A DNA stretch of 64,000 bases from Planctomycetota bacterium. GTDB lineage: Bacteria; Planctomycetota; UBA8742; UBA2392. The stretch covers positions 44,260-108,259 of the forward strand of contig QEVF01000011.1 of the NCBI GenBank assembly GCA_003576915.1. The letters are read 5' to 3'. Of this stretch, positions 16,121 to 25,028 are shown piece by piece (within the stretch, counting starts at the first letter, position 1; every line of letters starts with the position of its first letter). The notes below the pieces were generated by a model, which saw only the letters and a list, made by a program, of their open reading frames with translations, did not search any database and had not been told where the DNA came from. The translations under genes were made by a program, and so were the position numbers.

Positions 16121-17434
16121 CTAGCCTCCCAGCATTCGCCGGCTGATTCGCTTGCCCAGCTCCACGGCGGGCTGATCATAGGCATCCACCGCCCAGGCAA
16201 AACCGGCATAGGTCGTGGCCAGCTCCAGCCCCAGAAGCAACTCGCCCAGCACCCGAGGCGACAGCGCAGGCAGGCTCAGCGTAGCATTGGGCCGCTGGCG
16301 CTCGGCCAGGGCCTGGGCCGTGCCGCGCTGCTGGGCGTTGAGCACCTGGGAAAGGGTCTTGCCGCGCACAAACCCGGCATCGAAGGCTTCCCACTCGAAA
16401 TCGCCCAGGGGCAAGTCCGGCTCGGGGCGCTCCACGCGGGCAAAGAGAGTGAACTTGTCGTTGGGCCCTTCCAGGAACAACTGAAGCTGGGCGTGCTGGT
16501 CCGTGGCGCCGACGGCCCTGATCGCCGTCTGGCCGGCCTCCACGGCCGTCTGGTCCAGGCGGCGGCCCTTGCCCAGGCTTTCATCCCAAAGCTGCACCAG
16601 CCAGTCCGCCACGGCCGCCAGGCGCGAACTGTAGGGCATGAACACCAGGCCCCGCTTGCCTTTGTCGCGGCAGAGGTCCGTGGCAACGAGCCCCAGGCGC
16701 GCCGGCCAGTCCTGCTCCAGGGCGCATTCGCGGCAGGCACGTTCGGCCCGCTCGGCACCCTCCATGAGCGTGCCGATGTCCAGCCCCGCCAGGGCCGCCG
16801 GCAGCAGGCCCGCCGCCGTCAGGACCGAGAAGCGGCCCCCCACCCCGGGCGGAATCGAAAGTGCTTCCAGCTCGTGCTCATCGGCGAACTTCTTCAGGGG
16901 CCCCTTTTCGGGGTCCGTGACCACCATCAGGTGATCGGCCAGCTTGAGCTGAGCCGCGCGCAGCTTGCCCGCAAAGAACCCAAGAGCCAGCACCGTCTCC
17001 AGCGTGGAGCCCGACTTGCTGACCGCCACGAACAGCGTGCGCTTGAGGCTGATGCGGCCCGCGATGTCCGCAAACAGCAGCGGGTCGGTGTTGTCCACCA
17101 CATGAACGCAAACGCCCGCGCCTCCCAGCGGCGAAAGCGCGCGGCACAGCGCCCAGAGCCCCAGGGAACTGCCCCCGATGCCGAGCACGACCAGATCGTC
17201 AAAGTGGCCCATGCGCGGCGCGGCGGCGCGCAGCACGGTCTCGAGCGCGTCCTGGTCGTGGGGCAGGGCGAGGTAACTGTGCTTGCCCTGCCCGCGCTCG
17301 AGGTTGAGGCGGGCGCGAAATCCGCGAACGCGATGGGGCAGGTTCTCAAAGTAGGAAGCGTCCAGGCCGTGGCTTCCCACGCGCTCTGCCGCGGTGTGGG
17401 CGAGGTCGAGGGAAATGGAGTAGGACTGGCTCAT
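16121..17434 (-). CDS. pgi: Glucose-6-phosphate isomerase (short bacterial type)
   Basis: ..DLVVLGIGGSSLGLWAL.., FVAVSKSGSTLET, GGRFSVLTAAGLLPAAL are SIS-domain PGI motifs. 437 aa. Confidence 0.9.
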   Translation of the reverse strand: MSQSYSISLDLAHTAAERVGSHGLDASYFENLPHRVRGFRARLNLERGQGKHSYLALPHDQDALETVLRAAAPRMGHFDDLVVLGIGGSSLGLWALCRALSPLGGAGVCVHVVDNTDPLLFADIAGRISLKRTLFVAVSKSGSTLETVLALGFFAGKLRAAQLKLADHLMVVTDPEKGPLKKFADEHELEALSIPPGVGGRFSVLTAAGLLPAALAGLDIGTLMEGAERAERACRECALEQDWPARLGLVATDLCRDKGKRGLVFMPYSSRLAAVADWLVQLWDESLGKGRRLDQTAVEAGQTAIRAVGATDQHAQLQLFLEGPNDKFTLFARVERPEPDLPLGDFEWEAFDAGFVRGKTLSQVLNAQQRGTAQALAERQRPNATLSLPALSPRVLGELLLGLELATTYAGFAWAVDAYDQPAVELGKRISRRMLGG

Positions 17435-17455
17435 GTCAGGTTCCCGTGCCGGCCA

Positions 17456-19081
17456 TCAAGTGCCCACCGGCAAAAGCAGCGAACGGCCCGTCATCTCCTG
17501 CGGCTTGGGCAGGCCCATGAGTTCAAGCACGGTGGGCGCAACGTCCGCCAGCCGGCCCCCCGAGGCCAGAGCCAGGGGCCCGTGGCGCCCGGCCAGAATC
17601 AGTGGCACGGGGTTGTGGCTGTGGTTGGTGCTGGGCACCAGTCCGTCCGCGCGCGGGGCGACACCCTTGGGCCCTGCGTAGGCGGCGCCCTTTTCCTGGT
17701 TGGCGGGGTCGGAGGCGGCCTCCGCAGAGATCAGCATCTCGTCAGCGTTGCCGTGATCGGCCGTGACCAGCACGGCATAGCCCTTCGCCTCGGCGGCCTT
17801 GATGAGCGCGGCAAGCCCGCGATCGGCGGCCAGCACGCCCTGGATGCCGGCCTCGAGGATGCCGGTGTGCCCCGTCATGTCCGGGTTGGCGTAATTGACG
17901 AGCACGAAGGCATAGCGGCCTAAAGCAATCGCCGCCTCGACGCTGGCAGTCACCTCCGGCGCGCTCATTTCCGGCTGAAGGTCGTAGGTGGCGACCTTGG
18001 GCGACGGCACGAGTTTGCGCTCCTCGCCGTCAAAGGGCTGCTCGCGCCCGCCGTTGAAGAAGTACGTCACGTGGGCGTACTTTTCGGTTTCCGCGCAGCG
18101 GAACTGGGCCAGACCCTTCTGGGCCAGGTAGTCGCCCAGCACGTTGGTCAGGGGCTGGGGCTCATAGCACACCAGCGCGGGCAGTTCCGACTCATAACGC
18201 GTCATGGTCACCAGGGTGACCTTCACGGGCATCTTGCGCCTGAAACCATCGAACTGGGGCAGCGTCAGGGCGCGGCAGATCTGGCGGGCGCGGTCAGCGC
18301 GGAAGTTGAACCAGAGAACGATGTCGCCGTCCATGACGCGACCCAGGGGCTGGCCGTGCTCGACGACAACCTTGGGGGTGACGAATTCGTCCGTGACGCC
18401 CTGGGCGTAGCTTTGCTCCAGGGCGGCTACCGCGTCGTTGACCACTTCGGCGTCACCCAGTGTGATGGCGTTGAAGTATTTCTCGGTGCGCTCCCAGCGC
18501 TTGTCCCGGTCCATGGCGTAGTAACGACCGCAAAGCGTGGCTATGCGGCCCATGCCGCCTGCATCGAGCCGGTCGCGCAGGGCCTGGACGTAGCGCACGC
18601 CGCCGCGCGGAGAGGTGTCGCGACCGTCCGTGATCACGTGAAAGCAGACATCTCCGCCCGGGACCCCGGCCTGCTTGAGCCAGTCCAGCAGGGCGAAGTA
18701 ATGACGGTCCATGCTGTGGACGCCGCCGTCGCTGACCAGGCCCATGAGGTGGATGCGCGCCTTGCGCGTCTTGGCGGCCAGAGCCTTCTTCAGCGCTTCG
18801 AGCTGGAAGAAGCGGCCCTCACGGATGTCGCGGTCGATGCGGGTGATCTCCTGGTACACGACACGGCCCGCGCCCAGATTCATGTGCCCGACTTCGGAGT
18901 TGCCGAACTGTCCCTGCGGCAGGCCCACGTCTTCATCACCCGCCACCAGGGTGGTGTGCGGCGCATTGTTCCACAACTTCATGAAGCAGGGCGGCTGCGC
19001 CAGTTCTATGGCGTTGCCCGGCGAAGGCGGGGCGACACCCCAGCCATCAAGAATCACGAGCAGGACAGGATTCACTTTCAC
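17456..19081 (-). CDS. gpmI: 2,3-bisphosphoglycerate-independent phosphoglycerate mutase
   Basis: VKVNPVLLVILDGWGV..GNSEVGHMNLGAGR..ITDGRDT..VTADHGNA. GTG start chosen at 19079-19081; the tracked ORF extends upstream into the repeat element. Confidence 0.9.
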   Translation of the reverse strand: MKVNPVLLVILDGWGVAPPSPGNAIELAQPPCFMKLWNNAPHTTLVAGDEDVGLPQGQFGNSEVGHMNLGAGRVVYQEITRIDRDIREGRFFQLEALKKALAAKTRKARIHLMGLVSDGGVHSMDRHYFALLDWLKQAGVPGGDVCFHVITDGRDTSPRGGVRYVQALRDRLDAGGMGRIATLCGRYYAMDRDKRWERTEKYFNAITLGDAEVVNDAVAALEQSYAQGVTDEFVTPKVVVEHGQPLGRVMDGDIVLWFNFRADRARQICRALTLPQFDGFRRKMPVKVTLVTMTRYESELPALVCYEPQPLTNVLGDYLAQKGLAQFRCAETEKYAHVTYFFNGGREQPFDGEERKLVPSPKVATYDLQPEMSAPEVTASVEAAIALGRYAFVLVNYANPDMTGHTGILEAGIQGVLAADRGLAALIKAAEAKGYAVLVTADHGNADEMLISAEAASDPANQEKGAAYAGPKGVAPRADGLVPSTNHSHNPVPLILAGRHGPLALASGGRLADVAPTVLELMGLPKPQEMTGRSLLLPVGT

Positions 19082-19141
19082 GACCGGAACACCTCTTGCC
19101 CGGGACGTCAGACTGCCGCCCCGCTGTGCCGGCAGGCCGAT

Positions 19142-19283
19142 GAAATGCGGCCTGCTGACGCAAGCCTCGGATGGCTTGCGCATTTCAGGCCGCTGAACAG
19201 CGCCTGAAATGGAGGTCGGGACGAATTCATTTCGGCCCGACCGGGTTGAAAAAGTGGCCGGATGCCACTGTTTCAACGACCTG
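19142..19283 (+). repeat. Intergenic four-hairpin repeat element, copy 2 (full length)
   Basis: gaaatgcggcctgctgacgcaagcctcggatggcttgcgcatttcaggccgctgaacagcgcctgaaatggaggtcgggacgaattcatttcggcccgaccgggttgaaaaagtggccggatgccactgtttcaacgacctgc aligns with 4898-5043. It fills the moeA-gpmI gap. Confidence 0.85.
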
Positions 19284-19290
19284 CACGCCG

Positions 19291-20508
19291 CTAGCGGATC
19301 ACGTTCACCACCAGGTCGGCGCCCTTGGCGATCACGCCGTCTCCGGCATCAATCGAGATGAAGCCCACGCTCTGCGACAGGCTGGTGATGCTCCCGCTGC
19401 CCTTGAACGTGCTCCAGGCCACCTCGTTCTCGTCCACGCGCACGGGCACGATCTGCTGCTTGGTCTTGTCCTGCTTGATTTCGTGGCCCAGTTTGGCGCT
19501 CAGGCGGACGCGGCTGGTGTCCTCGTTGTGGGCCAGCTTGCGCACCGCGGGCGCGAGAAACAGCTCCGCCGTCAGCAGGCAACTGGTGGGATAACCCGGC
19601 ATGCCGAACACGCCGCAGTCACCGACCACGCCAAACAGCACCGGCTTGCCCGGCTTGATGGCCACGCCGCGCACGTAAACGTCTCCCAACTGGTCAATGA
19701 CCTCGGCGCCGAAGTCCTTGTTGCCCACGCTCGTGCCGCCCGAGAAGACGATCAGGTCGTACTTCCTGGCCCCGGAGGCAATGACCTTGCGCAGCGCCGC
19801 CTCGGTATCGGGCACGTTGGCACGGTAAGTCACGTTGGCGCCCGCGCGCCGGGCGATGGTCAGCATGGCAAAGCTGTTGCAGTCGTAGACCTGGCCGTCC
19901 TTGAGGGGCTTGCCGGGCGCCACGACTTCGTCTCCCGTGGTGAACAGCAGCACCTCGGGCCGCGAGAACACCTTGATGCGGGCCTTGCCGGTAATGGCGA
20001 TGGCCGCCACCTGCCCCGGGCCCAGCAGCGTGCCTTTCTTCACCACCGTGTCGTTCTTGGCGATGTCTTCGCCTTTGCGCGTGATGTGGTCGCCCTGGCG
20101 CGCCGGCTGCTTGAACTGCACGGCCTGGCCCACCACCTGAACACTCTCCACCATCACCACGGCGTCGGCGCCCTTGGGAATGGGCGCGCCCGTGGCAATC
20201 TCCACGCACTCGCCGCGCTTGAGCACGCCCTTGAAGGGCTTGCCCGCAAAGGCCGCTCCCACCACCTTCAGCATGGCGGGCTCGTGCAGGTCCTCGGCGA
20301 TCACCGCATAGCCGTCCATGGCGGCGCGGTCAAAGGCGGGCACAAACACCGTGCTCTTGACATCTTCGGCCAGCACGCAGCCTGCCGCGTCTTCCAGGTT
20401 TACGGTTTCCACGCCCGCCACGGGTTTGAGCTTCGCCAAAATGGTGTCCAGCGCGTCGTCCGCGCTCACCAATGTTCCGAAGGGGTTCATGTTTGCTCCG
20501 TTTGTCAC
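19291..20508 (-). CDS. moeA: Molybdopterin molybdenumtransferase MoeA
   Basis: ..VPAFDRAAMDGYAV.., ..IVFSGGTSVGNKDF.., GKPVLFG..VFGMPGYPTSC are MoeA N-terminal, MoCF and C-terminal domain motifs. Confidence 0.9.
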   Translation of the reverse strand: MTNGANMNPFGTLVSADDALDTILAKLKPVAGVETVNLEDAAGCVLAEDVKSTVFVPAFDRAAMDGYAVIAEDLHEPAMLKVVGAAFAGKPFKGVLKRGECVEIATGAPIPKGADAVVMVESVQVVGQAVQFKQPARQGDHITRKGEDIAKNDTVVKKGTLLGPGQVAAIAITGKARIKVFSRPEVLLFTTGDEVVAPGKPLKDGQVYDCNSFAMLTIARRAGANVTYRANVPDTEAALRKVIASGARKYDLIVFSGGTSVGNKDFGAEVIDQLGDVYVRGVAIKPGKPVLFGVVGDCGVFGMPGYPTSCLLTAELFLAPAVRKLAHNEDTSRVRLSAKLGHEIKQDKTKQQIVPVRVDENEVAWSTFKGSGSITSLSQSVGFISIDAGDGVIAKGADLVVNVIR

Positions 20509-20592
20509 GCGTGTGGCGCAGGCACTTCGTCTGCAACCGTCCGGGCGCCAGGCGCCGTGAAGTGTGATTCCCGCGTCGCAGCCCCGACGCGG

Positions 20593-21687
20593 TCAGCTCA
20601 GCAGTTTTTCCAACGTCGCCCAGAGTTCGTCTCGCGCGGCCAGGGCCCCGGGGTCGCTCTCTTGATTCCATTGCTTGTCGAGGTGCCGCTTGAGGTCGGC
20701 AAGATCCTTCTGAAACGCACGGAATTCAGCCAGTGCCGCGGCTTCTTCTTCCGACGGGCCCTGCTGGCCCTTTTCCGCACCCTTGCCTCGCAGCGTCAGC
20801 GCTGCATGCACGTTTTCCAGATAAGCGCGCAGGCTGCGGGCGCCGGCGGCCCTGATCTCGGCGGACGGGCTTGCCAGCGCCCGCACGAAAAGGTCCTGCT
20901 GCCCCCGATTCACGGACGCCGCACACACACTCAACAGCAGGGGCAATGCCGGCGCCCCCGGCTCGGCGGTGCCGCCCTGAATCGCCTCCACCAGCCGGCG
21001 GCACTTCACGACACCGGCGGCACTCTGTTTCAAGGCGTCGCGCGCGGCATCCCGCACGAAGTAGGCCTCGTCGCTGAGCAGCTCGATCAGGCGCGCTATC
21101 GCCTTCTTGTCCTCGAAATTCCCCAGCAGCGGCACCAAGCGCACCTTCAGGCGCTCGGCCAGCGGCTCCTGCGACTGCGTCACGCGGGTGCACTCGATCA
21201 GAGGGTCAAGCGCCGTGGGTTCCTTCCAGCGCGCCAGCGTCTGCAAATGCCCCACCTTGCAGCGCAGATCGGCTTCCTTCTTCAGGTGATCGACCATCGG
21301 GCCCGCGACGCTCCGGTCATCGATTGCTCCCAGCAGGGCCGCCACGTTGCGCCGCACCTGAACTTCTTCGTGGGCCATGCGCTCCAGCAGGCCCGGCAGC
21401 GCCCGCGCGCCAAAGCCCTTGAAGACCACCTCCAGGCAGCGGTACTGAAGGCTGTCGGAACTGCCCAGCTTGGTGAGCGCAAACGCCAGCCCGGCCTCGC
21501 CCGCATCAACAAGCGCCTGGCGCGCGGCATCGACCTTGGGGATGTTGTCACCCACCTGCCAGAGAGAGCCCGTCTTCCAGAGCTCTTCAAGTTCGGCCTG
21601 GGTGGGCGCCTTGGGCGCTGGCTGGGCAGCGACTGTGGGCCCGCCGGCGAGCAGGAACAGGCACAAGGTAAGAAGCAGGGTTCGCAT
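20593..21687 (-). CDS. Secreted HEAT-repeat protein
   Basis: Start at MRTLLLTLCLFLLAGGPTVAAQ (signal peptide). Repeated helical ..VRRNVAALLGAI.D.. / ..FVRDAARDALK.. / ..AEIRAAGARSL.. HEAT/PBS-lyase-like units. Confidence 0.7.
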   Translation of the reverse strand: MRTLLLTLCLFLLAGGPTVAAQPAPKAPTQAELEELWKTGSLWQVGDNIPKVDAARQALVDAGEAGLAFALTKLGSSDSLQYRCLEVVFKGFGARALPGLLERMAHEEVQVRRNVAALLGAIDDRSVAGPMVDHLKKEADLRCKVGHLQTLARWKEPTALDPLIECTRVTQSQEPLAERLKVRLVPLLGNFEDKKAIARLIELLSDEAYFVRDAARDALKQSAAGVVKCRRLVEAIQGGTAEPGAPALPLLLSVCAASVNRGQQDLFVRALASPSAEIRAAGARSLRAYLENVHAALTLRGKGAEKGQQGPSEEEAAALAEFRAFQKDLADLKRHLDKQWNQESDPGALAARDELWATLEKLLS

Positions 21688-21786
21688 GGCCGTTTGCCGG
21701 AAGACAGGGACGACCAGATTAGCGCACGGGGCAGGGCGCGCCAATGAGGGACCGCGTGCGGAGGTCACGAAAAGGCTGTATCAGCC

Positions 21787-21820
21787 CCAAAACAACGAAG
21801 GCCGCCTGATGGCGGCCTTC
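21787..21820 (-). terminator. Rho-independent terminator of hup
   Basis: Minus strand gaaggccgcc-atca-ggcggccttc followed by gttgttttgg, about 20 nt after the hup stop. Confidence 0.8.
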
Positions 21821-21841
21821 GATTGAAATGAGGGGCAGGAG

Positions 21842-22138
21842 TTACTTCTTGCCCTTCTTGTTGACGTCGTCCTTGAATTCCTTGCCGACCTTGAAGCCGA
21901 CGGTGGTGAAGGCGGGAATCTTCATCGCCTCGCCCGTCTGGGGGTTGCGGCCGTTGCGGGCGCCGCGGGTGCGCTTGCTGAAGGTGCCAAAGCCGATGAT
22001 CTGGGCCTTGCCGCTCTTGGAAACGCCTTCCTTGATGGCAGCGACCACGCCGTCAAACGCGCGTTCAGCGGCGGCCTTGCTCTCGAAACCGGCGTCCTTG
22101 TTCTTCAGCAGGATGTCAACGAGTTGAGCCTTGTTCAT
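21842..22138 (-). CDS. hup: DNA-binding protein HU
   Basis: MNKAQLVDILL..AAAERAFDGVVAAIKEGV..IIGFGTFSKRTRGARNGRNPQTGEAMKIPA..VGFKVGKEFK is canonical HU. GGAG lies upstream of the ATG. Confidence 0.95.
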   Translation of the reverse strand: MNKAQLVDILLKNKDAGFESKAAAERAFDGVVAAIKEGVSKSGKAQIIGFGTFSKRTRGARNGRNPQTGEAMKIPAFTTVGFKVGKEFKDDVNKKGKK

Positions 22139-22429
22139 GGGTTCTCCGTGTCCAAAAAAAGAAAGTGAAACGACAAGTGTGGTAAACCGGGACCTTCCCG
22201 GTGATTAGTGTCAACAGAACTGCCAACGCACTACATATAGTCCGTCAGTAAGTTCGATGCGGTTGAAACTATTCTGGGTTGCCCTGGAATTGCGTTCAAT
22301 CAAGGCCTGCACAACGCTGCCCCGGAACCCGCCATTCACCGCACTACAATCCCTTGCGACGTCGAAACCATAGACCGCTCCCTGGACTGGGTCAAGCATC
22401 ACTTGCCGAATTTTCAGGGAGATTTTGCC

Positions 22430-22806
22430 GCTGAACCCGCTTCCAGAGCGGGTTCAGCCTGCCCGACATCCTGAATTCCGCTTGACAACGGGCTTTGAGG
22501 CGAATACTGGCAAACCCGCCCCTGAGGCGCGTTTCACGGCCATTACCTTGCGCGAACCACCTGTCAAGCGGCTTTCCAGCCGTCGCCGCAGGACCGGCCT
22601 CTGAAGCGGCTTTGGAGCCCGTGACTTGAGCCGCCTTTTACCGGACGTTGCTTGGAGGCGCCCTGACAGACTGCTGAAAAAGTCCTCTTCGGCAGCCTGC
22701 CCGGCCCGCGCGACCGCACGGGCCGGCAAAGTGACGGGCTTTGCCCGCCACTTTGGCCTTTGCCTTCCGCTGAAAAAGTCGGCATTTCGACTTTTTCAGC
22801 GGCCTG
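22430..22806. repeat. Cluster of short REP-like hairpin modules related to the four-hairpin element
   Basis: gctgaacccgc-ttccaga-gcgggttcagc (22430-22458). Repeated (a/g)agcggcttt(cc/gg)agcc modules near 22565, 22603 and 22625. Terminal ctgaaaaagtcg-gcattt-cgactttttcag (22769-22800), homologous to hairpin 4 of copies 1-3. Confidence 0.7.
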
Positions 22807-23319
22807 CTAAGTGGCCACCCGCCGCGCGCCCAGCAGCAGGGCGCTGCTGACGATGGTGAACATGTAAATCGCGCTGGCCCGCCGATGCAGGTCATCGAAC
22901 TCTGACTGCTCTGCCGCGTTTGCCGGCTTGCCCTGCTCGAAGCGGCCCTCGCGCCGAAGCTCATGCATGCGCCGATTGCTCACCGCCTCCATGAAGCCCA
23001 CGGCAAGCGCCAGCGCCACGCCCAGCGCGGCCATGGCCCGCCACAGATTGCGCCTGAAGGCTCCGGGCAACTGCTGAAGCGGGGGATGCAGGCCCGCGTA
23101 CAGGCAGCCCAGCCCCGCCACGGCCGCCGCCACAAGCAGCGGCGTGCCGACCTGGGCAAACATCTCTCCGGCGAGCACGCCGGCCTGGCCGCGGTCATAG
23201 GCCTGTTCACGCGAAACCCGGAAAATGGACGTGGCGGCCAGGGCCGCCACGATGGAACCGCCGAAGCAGAAGCCCAGCGCGATATCAGTCAGAGCGTGAA
23301 CCCAGCGCGCGAGTTTCAT
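22807..23319 (-). CDS. Membrane protein, 4 predicted TM helices (hypothetical)
   Basis: 170 aa. Hydrophobic segments ALTDIALGFCFGGSIVAALAA, TPLLVAAAVAGLGCLYAGL, AMAALGVALALAVGFMEAV, IYMFTIVSSALLLGA. Lies 18 nt downstream of nuoM. Confidence 0.6.
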   Translation of the reverse strand: MKLARWVHALTDIALGFCFGGSIVAALAATSIFRVSREQAYDRGQAGVLAGEMFAQVGTPLLVAAAVAGLGCLYAGLHPPLQQLPGAFRRNLWRAMAALGVALALAVGFMEAVSNRRMHELRREGRFEQGKPANAAEQSEFDDLHRRASAIYMFTIVSSALLLGARRVAT

Positions 23320-23337
23320 GGCACCAGCCCCGGCCCG

Positions 23338-24930
23338 CTACTTTGCCGCCGCCTGGGCCGCGCGATGCTCGGCCACGGCCGCCAGGGTGCGCTGCAGCGT
23401 GGCCTGCACGGCGGGCTCGCTGCGCGCCAGCAGGAAATTGGGGTTGAGGCCGATGAAGAAGATCATGACCACCACAGGCACGGAGAATGCAAGCTCCGTG
23501 CGGTTTACGTCGCGCAAGGCCAGATTCTCCTTCACCGTGATTTCGCCGAAAAACACGCGCTGATAGGCCCAGAGCATGTAGACCGCGCCCAGCACCACGC
23601 CCGTGGCCGCCAGCAGCGCCATGGTGGAGTTGAGCGTCCAGGTCCATTGCCCGTCGGGCACGCCGCCGAAGGTGCCCATGAGAATCAGGAACTCGCCCAC
23701 AAAGCCGTTGGTGCCCGGAAGGCCGATGCTGGCAAGGGTGGCAATCATGAACAGCACGGCAAACTTGGGCATGACTTTGGCGATGCCGCCAAAGTCGGCA
23801 AAGATGCGCGTGTGCCTCCGCTCATAGAGCATGCCTACGCATAGAAACAGCAGGCCGGTGCTCAAGCCGTGATTGATGTTCTGAAGCAGGGCACCCTGGG
23901 TGGCCATGAAGTTGAAGCTGAACAGGCCCAGCACGATGAAGCCCATGTGTGCCACGGACGAATAGGCAATCAGGCGCTTCAGGTCGTCCTGCGCCAGGCA
24001 CATCATCGAGCCGTAGATGATGCCGATGACCGCCAGCGTCATGATCAGGGGCGCCATTTCATAGGCGACCACCGGAAAGAACGGAATGGCAAAGCGGATC
24101 ATGCCGTAGGTGCCCAGCTTGAGCATCATGCCGGCCAGAGCGACCGAGCCGCCCGTGGGCGCCTCGGTGTGCGCGTGGGGCAGCCAGGTATGAAAGGGAA
24201 ACAGGGGCGTCTTGATGGCAAAGCTGAGCATGAAGGCGCCAAAACAGAGATACTGGGCCGTCATGGGAAGCTGCGCGCAGGCCTCGGGCAGGCGCTCCAT
24301 GTCAAAGGTCTTGGCCACGCCCGCGATGTAAAGGACCGCCAAAAACATCAGCAGCGAACCCACCAGCGTGTAAACGAAGAACTTGATGGCAGCCGCGCGG
24401 CGGGCGCTTTCGTCGCTGCCCCAGACCCCGATCAGCAGGTACATGGGGATCAGCATCAACTCGAAGAACACGTAGAACAGGAACAGGTCCAGGGCGCAGA
24501 AGCTGCCGATGAGGCCCGTTTCCAGCACGAGCATGGCGATGAAATACTCTTTGACCTTGCTGTGAACGGTGGTGCTGCTGGAGAGCATGATGATGGGCGC
24601 GAGAAACGTCGTGAGCATCACCAGAAACAGGCTGATGCCGTCGACGCCCATCTTGTACTGGATGCCGAAGGCCGGAATCCACTCGGCCGTTTCCATCAGG
24701 CGCTTGTCGTAGCCCGCGCCCACGTTGAAATCAAACAGCACCGGCAGGCTGGCGATGAAGGTGATAAGCGAAAAGAAGAAGGCCGTCGCCTTCAGTTCGC
24801 GCTCGCGCTTGCGGTTGATGAACGCCAGAAACAGCGCCCCCACCAAAGGCAGAAACGTGATCACGCTGAGGTGATGTTTAATGTCCGGGTCAATCGCCGC
24901 AGCGAGGAAGTCAAGCATCACAGGGTCCAC
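23338..24930 (-). CDS. nuoM: NADH-quinone oxidoreductase subunit M-like proton-pumping subunit (isolated)
   Basis: ..HTWLPHAHTEAPTGGSVALAGMMLKLGTYGMIRF.. plus the overall 14-TM pattern of NuoM/NdhD (PF00361-type). Confidence 0.85.
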   Translation of the reverse strand: MDPVMLDFLAAAIDPDIKHHLSVITFLPLVGALFLAFINRKRERELKATAFFFSLITFIASLPVLFDFNVGAGYDKRLMETAEWIPAFGIQYKMGVDGISLFLVMLTTFLAPIIMLSSSTTVHSKVKEYFIAMLVLETGLIGSFCALDLFLFYVFFELMLIPMYLLIGVWGSDESARRAAAIKFFVYTLVGSLLMFLAVLYIAGVAKTFDMERLPEACAQLPMTAQYLCFGAFMLSFAIKTPLFPFHTWLPHAHTEAPTGGSVALAGMMLKLGTYGMIRFAIPFFPVVAYEMAPLIMTLAVIGIIYGSMMCLAQDDLKRLIAYSSVAHMGFIVLGLFSFNFMATQGALLQNINHGLSTGLLFLCVGMLYERRHTRIFADFGGIAKVMPKFAVLFMIATLASIGLPGTNGFVGEFLILMGTFGGVPDGQWTWTLNSTMALLAATGVVLGAVYMLWAYQRVFFGEITVKENLALRDVNRTELAFSVPVVVMIFFIGLNPNFLLARSEPAVQATLQRTLAAVAEHRAAQAAAK

Positions 24931-25028
24931 CAGCCAGTGCGCGCGGCGATGTTAGGCGCGCCCATGCGGGATGCAAGGCGGATTTGGCCGCCACGCCCGC
25001 GGCGCCCCGCTGCCCGAACGTCACGAAC

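Noticed and set aside
17456-19276. Full 606-aa extent of the gpmI ORF as given in the ORF track.
   Set aside because: The N-terminal 65 codons translate the intergenic repeat element; the same pseudo-peptide appears in the antisense ORF over copy 1. The conserved iPGM sequence starts at VKVNPVLLVILDGWG, so the GTG at 19081 was preferred.
22211-22402. 63-aa ORF on the minus strand in the low-GC tract upstream of hup.
   Set aside because: It has no Shine-Dalgarno sequence and no recognisable motif, and its codon composition is atypical. It lies in what is more simply the hup promoter/leader region.
22482-22510. TTGACA-N17-TACTGG promoter-like sequence on the plus strand.
   Set aside because: The -10 hexamer matches the consensus at only two positions. 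Nothing credible (CDS or recognisable ncRNA) lies downstream on the plus strand. It sits inside the hairpin-repeat cluster.
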